Assembly (NCBI GenBank): GCA_051942205.1
Contig: JAVECO010000003.1
Location: 292,791 to 312,790 of the forward strand
Length of the DNA: 20,000 nucleotides
Direction of reading: 5' to 3'
Source: Coniocarpon cinnabarinum
Taxonomy: Eukaryota
Numbering within the stretch: position 1 is the first letter of the stretch; each line of letters starts with the position of its first letter. This document shows positions 1 to 9,818 of the stretch, piece after piece. Below the pieces are notes generated by a model, which made no database searches, was not told the origin of the DNA, and saw only the letters and a list, made by a program, of their open reading frames with translations. The translations under genes were made by a program, and so were the position numbers.

Positions 1-3000
1 TTCCCTGGCTGGTCATGTTCATCCGAGGGCGTTTCAGCAATGGTCTGGTCCTCGGAGGATTCAAGTAATCGACTGACGAATTCCTGTGCTGCTGTACGTG
101 CAGCATCCTCTTCTTCTTCCTGTTCAGTCTGCTCGGGTGGAGTTTCCTCGGCCCTTGATGCACCAGCCTCGCGCTGCTGCTCAGTATCGGATGTTGTTGT
201 CGGCAGGTCTTCGAGAGGGATCGAGAATCGAGGCAAAGCGGAGCTATGACTGTGGAGATTGCAGTACTCCTGAGCAGGAGCTAGATGCCCCATGCATCGG
301 TAAAGCGCTTCTTTTGCAAGGTCGGTAGCGAAACCTTTGTCAGTCAATGATTTGACAGTCTCTTCGCTACGCGGTCGCCACTTTTTCGCGGGAGAAGCGC
401 TTCGAGAAGGCATTTTGTCAGAACGTCTGAACGCAGTAGCTTCGCCAGATCCTTCCAATGAAAATTGCATAACCGTGCAAACATGCTTCACGAGGTCCCG
501 AGGAAGCTTAGCAATGCCATCAGACTCCCATATTGGTTGAATGAGAGTGAGGGCATGACAGCGCATCTCCACCAGGAATTGACCTTCGGAAAAGTAGTCA
601 TTTCGGTCACGCTCACGATCAGCACGCGCGGTAAGTGCAGCCGTCTGATGCGATTCGTGCACAGAACGCACATTTGTCGCTCGAATGAAAAAGCCCAGCA
701 GCGTACGTAAGCCTTGACAAGCCCAGACCGCACCTTGTGCCTTTCCATCCGGTTGAGTTTCGTCCGAAGTCTGACAATGGGAGAAGAACGTGTTTGCTAT
801 TTTTGCCAGTACGTCCACGCCTCCAGCTTTCTTGAAATACCATACAACTATCGTCAGGAATTGCGATGTAGGCTCTGAACGCTTGTCTGAAATAGCGGCA
901 AGAGTGGCAACGAGCATGTTCCGACGGGCATAGTCAACCATTCTGGTAGAGAAGTTTGCAGGTATTGGCGACTCGAGCAGACCTACGAGAGCCGTTGCTA
1001 TGCTTGCTGCAGTTGACAAGTATTTGGCACGTTGAAACGAGTCGGAAGGCAAGCGTCGTGTCATAGCAAGGCATTTGCCAATGGAATGCATAAAGTATGC
1101 GACGTCATAGGGAAGGTTCTTGAGTAGTGCTCCAATCTTCAAGTATAGCTGTTTCTGCTTCTCTGCTACTTTCGGGTCAACTTTGGCCAAGTTACTCCCT
1201 TCTACATCGGCAGCCGTGCCAGCGTTTGACGGGGAAGGGGCTTGATTTGTTGAAAGTGGAACATCGGCAGCACGTTGGCTTTCGCTTCTTTGAACCACAT
1301 CCAAAGCGCTTCCTCCAGCTGCATTGCCATCTGCAAATTGAGCTGGGACTTGATTCTGCAAAAATGTATTCTCAAGGATGCACAATCGAGACACGGAAGC
1401 AAGCTGACCAACGAGCGAGCTTAAAATGTCTGCGACGTTAATGGATGACATGGGATGCTGAGAATGACGACCGGCGGGCTCCAGCAGAGTGGGCACGAGA
1501 ACCGACAGTATATTGCGAAGCGACGACATCGCGTTCAAACACACCGTTTCCGAGCTGTCAGACATGTTCGAATTGTCTTCTCTCTTGAGATAGGATGTCA
1601 AAAAAGGTCTGCCGTCATTCTTTATGGCAAGCGATTCGCAAATCTCTGCAGCTAACTTGAGACGATCCAAGAGTAGAGGAATGGTGAGATGAGGTTTCTG
1701 CGTAATGAAGGTTTTCACGACTTCCACAAATCCGCTCTGAGTTACCGAAATTGGCGTATCGAGGTCGTAAACCGGTGCAGTGAGGACATCAATAAGTTTC
1801 TGTACTCCACCTTGCTCAGCAAAGGGCGCGCAGAATGTGTGATTCATGAAAAAGCCGGAAAACATCTCTGAGACGACTCGCATGCGGTCCAAGTTGACTT
1901 GAGAGCTTCCCCACTTCACTTCATCCTCCGCTGCACCTGCGTTGACCTCGGCCATCTGGACGTCGTTTCCATTTGTTGAGCTGCTAACGAGCGGTGTGAG
2001 CATGAAGACAGAAAGGGCATCTTTATGTTTTGAAGGCTCAGCAAGGCCATTGCGGCGTTGATGTTCTGGATTGATGACATCCTGATGCAAAGCATCTAAC
2101 ATCTTCATGAAGTTCGAGATAATCTGTGGCTTTAGCTGTGGATGGTGTCGTGCCAGCTCATCGAACGCGTTTCCAAGGCCTTGGACATGCGTGCGGCGCG
2201 TGCGATGTTCAGTAACACTTTCAATTAAGGCCTTGCAGTAGGCAGGCTTAAAAAGCATTTGGAAGTACTTCTGCAGGGCCTCGGATTGGTTAAAGTCTCG
2301 CATGCCATTCTCGTTCAGACATATGGCGCTGAAAGCGAGGGGGATGCTACTGATAGCCTCGAGCGTGGCAGGCGGGGATTGCGTCTCGACTGTGCCTTTA
2401 GACGAAGGCGAATGCTCCGTGAGCCCATTTGGTATCGATTTCGAGCCTTCCAAACCAAGGACTGTACCCAAAAATGCTTTTGTCAAGCCTGCTTCAGCGA
2501 CGGCGGCGTAACTTGTTGGTTCGTTGTGGATAAAATTGCTAAAGATCTCAACTGCACCGCACCAGATATTGGAGCCGAAGAAGGAGGGATAATCGATCAC
2601 ATTCCGGAGGCTGCCGAGCAGCTGTGGTGATTCGATCAGGTTTCGCAGCTGACGATCGAACCCGCCACTGCTCACGCCAATCAAATTTCGAAGCAATTTG
2701 AAAATGCTGCGAATGACCCCCTGCTGGATAAAGCCGACCCGGTAATCCAGAGCATCAGATCGCCATTCTTGTGGCACACCCTCACCCTGAATCGCGGTCG
2801 TAAAGCCGTTGCGGATTTCGTGTTGCAAAAGCTCCGAGAGCACATCGGGACCACCGGCTTGCACAACAACGTTAAACGCGTCCCGAATGTTAAACAAGAA
2901 TACGTCGATGGTGGTCAAGATTTGAGAAAACGACGTCTCGGCCTTTGCCGAACGCAAACGCAGAGCATCCACGAAGCTTTGAAGCACACCGGTCGAGAGC

Positions 3001-4568
3001 AATCCATCGGCAGCGCGTGGCGCAGATCTGGGCAAAGTATGGAGGATAGAGAAGAGTGCTCTAGACCAGTCGCGTTCTTCCTGTGTAGTATGTTCGCGGT
3101 CTTCGGACAAGTCGTTAACTGCCTTGCGAACGACGTAAGTCAATACACCATGGCTGACGTTCGCGCCAAGAGCTGCTATCACCTCAGCAGACTTTTTCTG
3201 ATGATTCAGATAGCCTTCTAAAACGGTCAAAGCCAGAGACTGCAATGGTCGCGGCACCTGTTGCGATTTGCCAGGAGGATGCAGCAATTCACAGAGCTGC
3301 GTGGAAAGTTTCGATCGTCTGGCCTCATCTCCCTCTGGTTGAAAAATCTTTTGATCGTGATGATGCTGCGATTCGGGGAATATGTTCAGGTAGTTCGCAA
3401 CTGCAAGCAAACGTGACTGCAAGATTGAGACCCTCTCAGAAGTGGAGCCACAGAGCGCCTTTGAGACACGCAGTCGGCATAAGAATTCGTACTTGCATTC
3501 TTGTGGGAACTTGGGCATGTATTCTGCCACGACCTCATGCAACGGTTTCTGGAGCAACTCAGACGTAGACACTTCGATCAGTTCGAAATGAGCAGCACTG
3601 TTCTTCGGTTCGGATAAATCACCATTCACGCCATTGTCGCCAGACGTAGAGCGGCCATCCGCTCCGGTGCTAGGATTCGGACCGTCCCCTTCTTGGCGGT
3701 GGTCAACGCGGAGTGAGAAGTAAGGCTGTCCGTATGCTTCAAATCGCTTGTGCTCAGGCTCCTTGTCTTGAAGAAGCTCCAATATATCTGAGACATACGT
3801 AGGTGTAACGTGAAGGCCTTGATCAGTCTCTTTGATGTCAGACGCGCGTTTGGAGGGTGATGCGAGACCGTTTCTGAAGGGGAGCGACAGCTTATGTAGC
3901 TTGTCCAGACCGATTTGATAATGCGCTGCTAACGTGTTCTGCGACAATGACGTCAAGAAAAGTCCTTCACGGCCAGATGTTTGCCGGATTCGATCATAGG
4001 AGTATTTCTGTGCCAGTCGCAGCGCGAGCCGGAGTGCAACATTCAAAAGAGATGTCGAGGTAGTATTAATGAGAGCATTCAGATGGTGGCTGCTGGCATA
4101 GAGTCGCCGATTTGCGCAGTTCTCGAACAACAATCTCGAAAAATCAAGGATGTGCTCGACCACTTCTCTATCGCCTTCCGCGGTAAACCCTTCCTGATCG
4201 AGCGTTGCACTCTCGATGGGTGGACCATTCTCAGGCGGCTCGAGAAGAAGCTTGCGACTAAACGCTTGACACTGCGGACCCTCGTGAAGGCCATAGGTAT
4301 TTGCAAATTTTTCTAGTACGTCATCAAATCGATTGAGAGCTGAGGTCCAATTGAAAAGGTCGCCACGAGGAAATGGCCATTGGGCTGGAAAGCTACCCAA
4401 GTGGGAAGGGAGCTGGTGGAGAGGGAGGGTGGTACAAGCTTCGATAAAGCGTTTCAGCGCAGGAGACTACAATCGTCAGTGAGAAGCCGTTGTAAAAGCA
4501 TCCACCTTTTTTAAGCATACCAGAGTAATGTCGCTATGTGGGGAAGGTTGTTTTCTGATCTTGCCCAT
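1..4568 (-). CDS. TOM1: HECT-type E3 ubiquitin ligase TOM1/HUWE1, N-terminal ~1500 aa (DUF908/DUF913 region plus UBA-like element); 3' part lies outside the window
   Basis: Exon 1 is 4568-4521 (MGKIRKQPSPHSDITL). The intron is 4520-4467 (GTATGC...CTGAC...TAG, 54 nt). Exon 2 starts at 4466 and reads SPALKRFIEACTTLPLHQLPSHLGSFPAQWPFPRGDLFNWTSALNRFDDVLEKF, the characteristic TOM1 N-terminal WPFPRGDL..W...LNRFD motif. The same frame at ~359-260 gives a UBA-like TVKSLTDKGFATDLAKEALYRC. I spot-checked the frame; the lack of a stop before the window edge explains its absence from the ORF track. Confidence 0.93.
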
Positions 4569-5586
4569 GACCACGACTGATTGTCACGGCAGGCCGTCGA
4601 GGCCACGCGTAAATGGGAGTTGCTCCACTTGAACTAATTTGCAAGCCCGACGGCGGAGGGCTTGGGTGTCGACTGTGCTCAAGAGGCTTTTGGCGGAAGG
4701 TTCAATCGGCCTTAGTCGGCAAAGATTTCTGTAAGGACGGACCACGTGGTAAGACTTCTAGTTTGCACGGAAGCTCAATCAACCCCAGCGCTGTCCAACG
4801 GATCGTAGACTCAAAGCCCCTTCACGCAAGAACTATCCACATGGAACGCTGAAGACCGAGATAGGCCAGTGACTTGATGCCTGGCCGTTGACAAGGCAGG
4901 TAGGTAGTTGACGGAGCACGAGGGTCGCTGGTATTAAAAAGTCGTAGTGTTAGAGGAAAGTGCAGGTTTCCTCCAACGCAAATAAAGTCAGAGATGATGA
5001 AGGCAAGCAGTCGGAGAGAAGAGTGTGTGCCGGCGCAAAAAGCTCTGAAAGGGAACGACAGGAATTATGTAGTTGATGAAACTTCGAAATACTTTGGCAG
5101 GCAATCGCGCGTGAAACCTAACGATCAGCGCAGCTTATGACTTAACGAGGTCATGCGAAGCGATTGTGGGAGCACATCCGTCGGTCATCAGGGCGTACCT
5201 CATGTCAGAATATTAGATACTGGCTACTCTTGGCGTCTGCGGCAGGGTAACCTTCCCGTCTACCGACAGTGCCGGGTGCTTCGCATGACGTTGTCTACGA
5301 ATAAGCCAGAATCAGGCCGCGTCTTGAATTGAAGTCAAGTGCTTTCAGGACACCAAGTGAATCATACTCGGACGCCGTCAATACGAAAAGAGATGAGAAG
5401 ATAGCTAGACTGCTGCATGGCTACTCGTGCAACTCATCCGCGTCCTGACATTCCAGCAATAATTAACGATGCTATGCACAACAGGGAAAGTCATATCTGT
5501 ACATTATCACAATAGACGATCATAAAAGGGTATAAATTCCTTCCCCAACACCTCGCTCGAACGACTGCTCGCAAAAAGCATTGTTC

Positions 5587-7344
5587 TCACCGACGGCTGA
5601 ACACGAAGAACGTGACGACAGGAGGCAGAACACACAGCCAGAAACGGTCTGCAGTCGTCTTTTCAGCAGCCGAGCTGGCAGGCGGAGCTGCAGTCGAGCC
5701 GCCTTGGCTGCTGCTCTGTGAGGCAGAAGTGGCTCCATTGCCCGCTGACGAAGTGGCAGTCGTGGCACGAGTACTTTGCTGAGACTCATTCGCTGATGAG
5801 CTGGTTGACAAAGTGGTAGCCGTGGTAGCCGTGGTAGCTGTGGTCGATGTCTGCGTCGCCTCCACTGATACCGACTGACTGCTTTCACTCGTGGTTGAGA
5901 GAGGTGCTCCCAGTGTTGATTGGGGGCTTTCTGCGGAGGTGGACGTCGCAGATTCAGATGTGAGACCTGTATTAGTCTCTGAAGTAGACGGCGGTGCCTG
6001 TGTCACGGTCTGCGAGGTGAATTCCGAAGACTCTGTGGTACTACTTAGACCTGCAGGCAGGACTGTGTTGCTAGCAGCTGTAGACGACGTTGCTTGTGTC
6101 GTAGTTTCCGATGCGGATCCTGAATTTTGTGTTGTACTACCGGGATTAGTAGGCAGGAGAGTGTTACTAGCAGCTGCAGACATCGATGGAGAAGACGCTA
6201 TTGATTCTGGCATTTCACTTGTCGACTGGGCTTCACTGGCCGTGTTACTGCTGCTTGATGCAGCAGCAATTGAGCTCGTGTCCGAAGGTGGTGGAGATGG
6301 GGGTAGGACTGGATATGTCATGGTGGGATTCGCTCCGGAAGCTGTTGCGATGGCGCTGTTGAGCACAGTGTAGGCGTTGCCGGCCGCGGAGGCGCTGTCA
6401 CTGGCGGCTTGCGCAGCACTACTCGCCATAGCGCTGGCGGCAGATGCAGCTACGATGTCTACGGAGCTGGCAGCTGACAGCACAGACACTGCATTCAAAG
6501 ATGCCGACTGGACCATTGCAGGAGGAGGCACAGCTGCAGCTGCGTTGGTAGAAGAAATCTGACTTGCAAAGGCATGCGTTGCTGTTGTGGGCGCAGTGTT
6601 GGTTGCGCCGGAGGCTGATACAGACTCTGAGGTGGCAATTATAGACGAAAGTACCGAAATTGCGTTCAGACTCGCCGATGTGTCGCCGGTTGTCGCAACA
6701 TCAGAGCTGACTGGCAGATTCTGCGATGAGCTCGGAGCTACATTCGAGTATACTAAGGCGCTTGGAGACTGCGACAGTGATTGCGCGACTGAGTTTGCTG
6801 AGGCGGAACTTAAAACTGAGTGACCTCCGTATGACAACGTTGCGGACGTGAGGTGCGCCGACGTTTCGGCGGCAGAAATGGCCAATTGAGGAGTAGCAAT
6901 GGAGTTTGGACTGTAGGTCTGTGCTGTTGAAGGCTGGGTGGTCGCTCCAACAGAGTTCAGAACCGAATAGGCATTCAGACTTGCGGAAGAGTCACCTTCT
7001 ATCGCCGATGCTGTTTCGCTTGTAGCTGATTGAGGAATAGGTGTTGCTGCGACTGAATCTGTGTCGATGGTCGTATATGCGGTCGGGATTGAGTCTGAAT
7101 GTGGTGATCCTTGTGACAAGGTGTACGCGGATCCGTCCACTTCGACGACTACTGGTGGACTCCGAATTGCCAAAGCTCCATCATCATATGGCGACGAGTT
7201 TCCGGATTGCTGTCTCCTGATTAGTGGCGCGGGTGCTTCTTGCACAATGTAGTTGGCAATCTTGATGTTGCGCAGCCCTGACGAAGTCTGAACCAAGGAT
7301 AAGACTGCCGTCACGAGCGACACGAGGCTGACGTGCGAGGACAT
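5587..7344 (-). CDS. Secreted Ser/Thr/Ala-rich, probably GPI-anchored cell-wall/surface glycoprotein (~585 aa)
   Basis: Part of ORF 5587..7710. The ATG at 7344 (AAAATG context) starts a signal-peptide-like MSSHVSLVSLVTAVLSLVQTSSG. It is followed by a dibasic LIRR/QQ site, a long S/T/A-rich body, and a C-terminus of small residues (SSAA), a spacer and a hydrophobic tail (FWLCVLPPVVTFFVF), as in GPI signals. Confidence 0.8.
   Translation of the reverse strand: MSSHVSLVSLVTAVLSLVQTSSGLRNIKIANYIVQEAPAPLIRRQQSGNSSPYDDGALAIRSPPVVVEVDGSAYTLSQGSPHSDSIPTAYTTIDTDSVAATPIPQSATSETASAIEGDSSASLNAYSVLNSVGATTQPSTAQTYSPNSIATPQLAISAAETSAHLTSATLSYGGHSVLSSASANSVAQSLSQSPSALVYSNVAPSSSQNLPVSSDVATTGDTSASLNAISVLSSIIATSESVSASGATNTAPTTATHAFASQISSTNAAAAVPPPAMVQSASLNAVSVLSAASSVDIVAASAASAMASSAAQAASDSASAAGNAYTVLNSAIATASGANPTMTYPVLPPSPPPSDTSSIAAASSSSNTASEAQSTSEMPESIASSPSMSAAASNTLLPTNPGSTTQNSGSASETTTQATSSTAASNTVLPAGLSSTTESSEFTSQTVTQAPPSTSETNTGLTSESATSTSAESPQSTLGAPLSTTSESSQSVSVEATQTSTTATTATTATTLSTSSSANESQQSTRATTATSSAGNGATSASQSSSQGGSTAAPPASSAAEKTTADRFWLCVLPPVVTFFVFSRR
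5813..5844. repeat. 9-bp coding tandem repeat (GTGGTAGCY x ~3.5) encoding TTATTATTAT
   Basis: gtggtagcc-gtggtagcc-gtggtagct-gtggt read directly. Confidence 0.85.
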
Positions 7345-8099
7345 TTTCAACGCAGGGGCGAAAGAGTTGCCTGCAAACCAGGAATGCAACTGCGCTGTGA
7401 AGCTGCGCAACCTGAAAGGACTTGTTCGCTCAGTGTGGAACCGGTGACAATGGTACGTGGACAACGGCGGAATGGAGGGGCATGGCCAGATGTTATTACA
7501 TGGCGAGCAGTACCCGCCATCTTGATCGTGCTCATGGTCAATTTTCTCATGGCGGGTGAAACAGGCTTTCCAATTGCGCTGCCAACCGCATCCCATGTTT
7601 GTTGCCTTGTCGCTGGGAAGGAAATCCAGATGGCGGGCAAGCCACACGTGGTCCGTGCATCCAGCCCAGCCACGCAGCTGCTTTGCGCACGTGCCACTCC
7701 CGCCACTCATCTACGAGTCTCTCCCTACGAGCAGCTATGCAAGGTCCATGGTACTATTTGAGAAAAATCCAAACACCAAGAGTGCAGAAGCTAGCTGTCG
7801 CCGGTGCACGATCTGCTTGACTAGCATGGCTGGCATGACTAGTACGAGCATTGCGAAGACTTGCTGCGCGGTAGTTGTCTTTTCGTCATGCGCACTTTCT
7901 TTCAAGGTGTCTAAACCATCTCGTTAGTGATTGAAACTGAGTTCAAAATTAGACTAGGATTGTGATGGTGGAAGTTCGATCAGACAGCAGTTGGACTAAG
8001 ACATAATCCACATAGAAATTCAGAACAGGTCTGTGAAATGTTTGTTTTCATCATCGGAGAGAGAGGCGCTGGAGGATCGTGACTTACTTGACAAAACCG

Positions 8100-8963
8100 T
8101 CACCCGAGCCTCGGCTTCTTGAAGAATGTGTCTATAGAACGTTGGTTTTTGTCGTACTCGGCACTCCCAACGCCTCCTCGTGTCCGCTTCAGCCCGGTGA
8201 GATGATCTCTATTATTCGCTTGGTTCACACGCAGGTCAAATGCAGGCCCTTCAACATCCACACCTGCACTCGCAGCTCGCCTTGTCAAAGTGAGGTCGAG
8301 ATAACCAGTGTTGGACCAGCTTGCAATGTGGTCCAGAGATTGATCGGGGTACGAGCCTGACTTCAGTTCTGGCGCAAGCGATATTGAATTTGCAGGCTGT
8401 TGTGCAATGAGGACTTTCCAAAGCGTCGATAGAAGGATCCCATGAGAGACGACGACAACTACCCGTTTCTCGCGAGTAGCTTGTCCTAAGATAGGTACCA
8501 AATGTTGGTCATAAAATTCCGTGCATCGTCGCTTCAGAGACTCTTTAGACTCAACGTCTTGAAAGTCTGGTGATTCTTTATGCTTTTGACGTTGATTGTC
8601 TTTCCCACTTTTGCCGGTCGCCGAGCGCACGTGGAACGGCTTGCCTTCAAAGAATCCAAAATCTTGCTCGCGGAGGCAGGCGAGTTGGACGGGTTCGAGT
8701 TCGTGAGGTTGCTCCTGAACAGAGCGAAGGAGATCGGCGGTTTTAACAGCTCGGCTGAGATTGGACGAGAACAAATGAGTGATGCGACAGCCCTGCTTTG
8801 CCAGGTACTGACCTAATCGTTGAGCTTGTTGAACGCCATGGCTGGTCAATGCGGAGTCGCGCACGCCAGCATAGAGGCCTTTTACATTGTCGACTGTCTC
8901 GCCATGACGGACGAGCAGCACTGTGCAAGAAGCAGCAGAGTCTTTGGGGCTTGCATCTTCCAT
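8100..8963 (-). CDS. Histidine phosphatase superfamily (phosphoglycerate mutase-like) protein, 287 aa, with C-terminal PIP-box-like motif
   Basis: Catalytic motif LLVRHGET, followed by D..LT.HG.QQA, FSSNLSRAVKTA, LREQDFGFFEG and VVSHG (second His). Intronless ORF. Confidence 0.9.
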   Translation of the reverse strand: MEDASPKDSAASCTVLLVRHGETVDNVKGLYAGVRDSALTSHGVQQAQRLGQYLAKQGCRITHLFSSNLSRAVKTADLLRSVQEQPHELEPVQLACLREQDFGFFEGKPFHVRSATGKSGKDNQRQKHKESPDFQDVESKESLKRRCTEFYDQHLVPILGQATREKRVVVVVSHGILLSTLWKVLIAQQPANSISLAPELKSGSYPDQSLDHIASWSNTGYLDLTLTRRAASAGVDVEGPAFDLRVNQANNRDHLTGLKRTRGGVGSAEYDKNQRSIDTFFKKPRLG

Positions 8964-9818
8964 TCGAGGATGCAGAGTGGAGCTGTGTAAGTCGCCGCAG
9001 CTCGCGCTCGAGCTATTCTGAGCAGGGTGCGAGATGTACTTCCATCGCCCGCTGCGACGACGTCATCGAGCAGAATGGCTATCTGGTTTCTATCACGGTA
9101 CTTCGACTTCGACGACTCATTCTATGCACGGCGTATGTCTCTCGAGTCCCGAACTTCCCCATTCAAAGTCACTTCTGTACTCTATGGCTTCCCTGGTCAT
9201 GCATGTGAATCTCACACTGATGAGCGATCAGGATGCTTCACAAGATGTTCTCAAAAATCGAGCCCCAGGACAATGCTGGCTCGCACGTGCTGGAAAGTCT
9301 GAGAGCAAGACGAGGACCGGATTAACTGTCTAGTCGAACTCACTGTGGCGATCACTTTGATGTCGCCTCCGCGCCCAACGCGAGCGCCCATCCGAAGTGA
9401 GGCGCAATATGTCTAAAAAGGGACACACGTAGCATTGTATCTGTGTCGTCCTCCGGCGAATCCGCAAAGCGAACGCCATCTACTGCAAGGTCACGAACTC
9501 AGCAACGTGCTGAGTGGCCTGCGTGGACTGCCCATGTCAGCAGTCTATCAGCGAAGTCATCGACCAGCCGAAGTGAGCTTTCGACTTTTCACCTTGCGGC
9601 TCAAAAGCTCATTGCGGACTCGAGGACATTCCAGTACTCTGTGCTTCCGCGCAAATTACCTCCCACTTGCCCCCGCCATCTTGCTCTCCAGTGCCATGTT
9701 GACACGACATCCGTTCGGCGCCCTCGTGCTTCTCTTCCTACGCCTCTCACATCAATAGCCCCGGCCTCACGTGCCCATCTTCCCATTCTGTCCCCAAAGG
9801 CTTGGCAAGTGCTTCCCT

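Noticed and set aside
40..4316. Numerous 60-150 aa ORFs in the left 4.3 kb
   Set aside because: They are antisense or out-of-frame shadows of TOM1.
4993..5048. Box C (ATGATGA) and box D (CTGA) pair suggesting a C/D snoRNA
   Set aside because: Only ~56 nt, no proper terminal stem outside the boxes, and no rRNA-complementary guide that I can recognise.
7345..7710. 122-aa N-terminal extension of the surface-protein ORF
   Set aside because: Its composition is unlike the rest of the protein and it would bury the signal peptide. The ATG at 7344 has good context.
4743..9773. CACGTG E-boxes (4743, 7645, 7688, 9284, 9768) as Pho4/NUC-1 sites
   Set aside because: The count is close to chance expectation for a 6-mer in 20 kb, and I saw none upstream of the SPX-EXS gene.
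9771..9818. GTG start for the Zn-cluster ORF
   Set aside because: This is a eukaryotic gene; the first in-frame ATG at 9819 is preferred.
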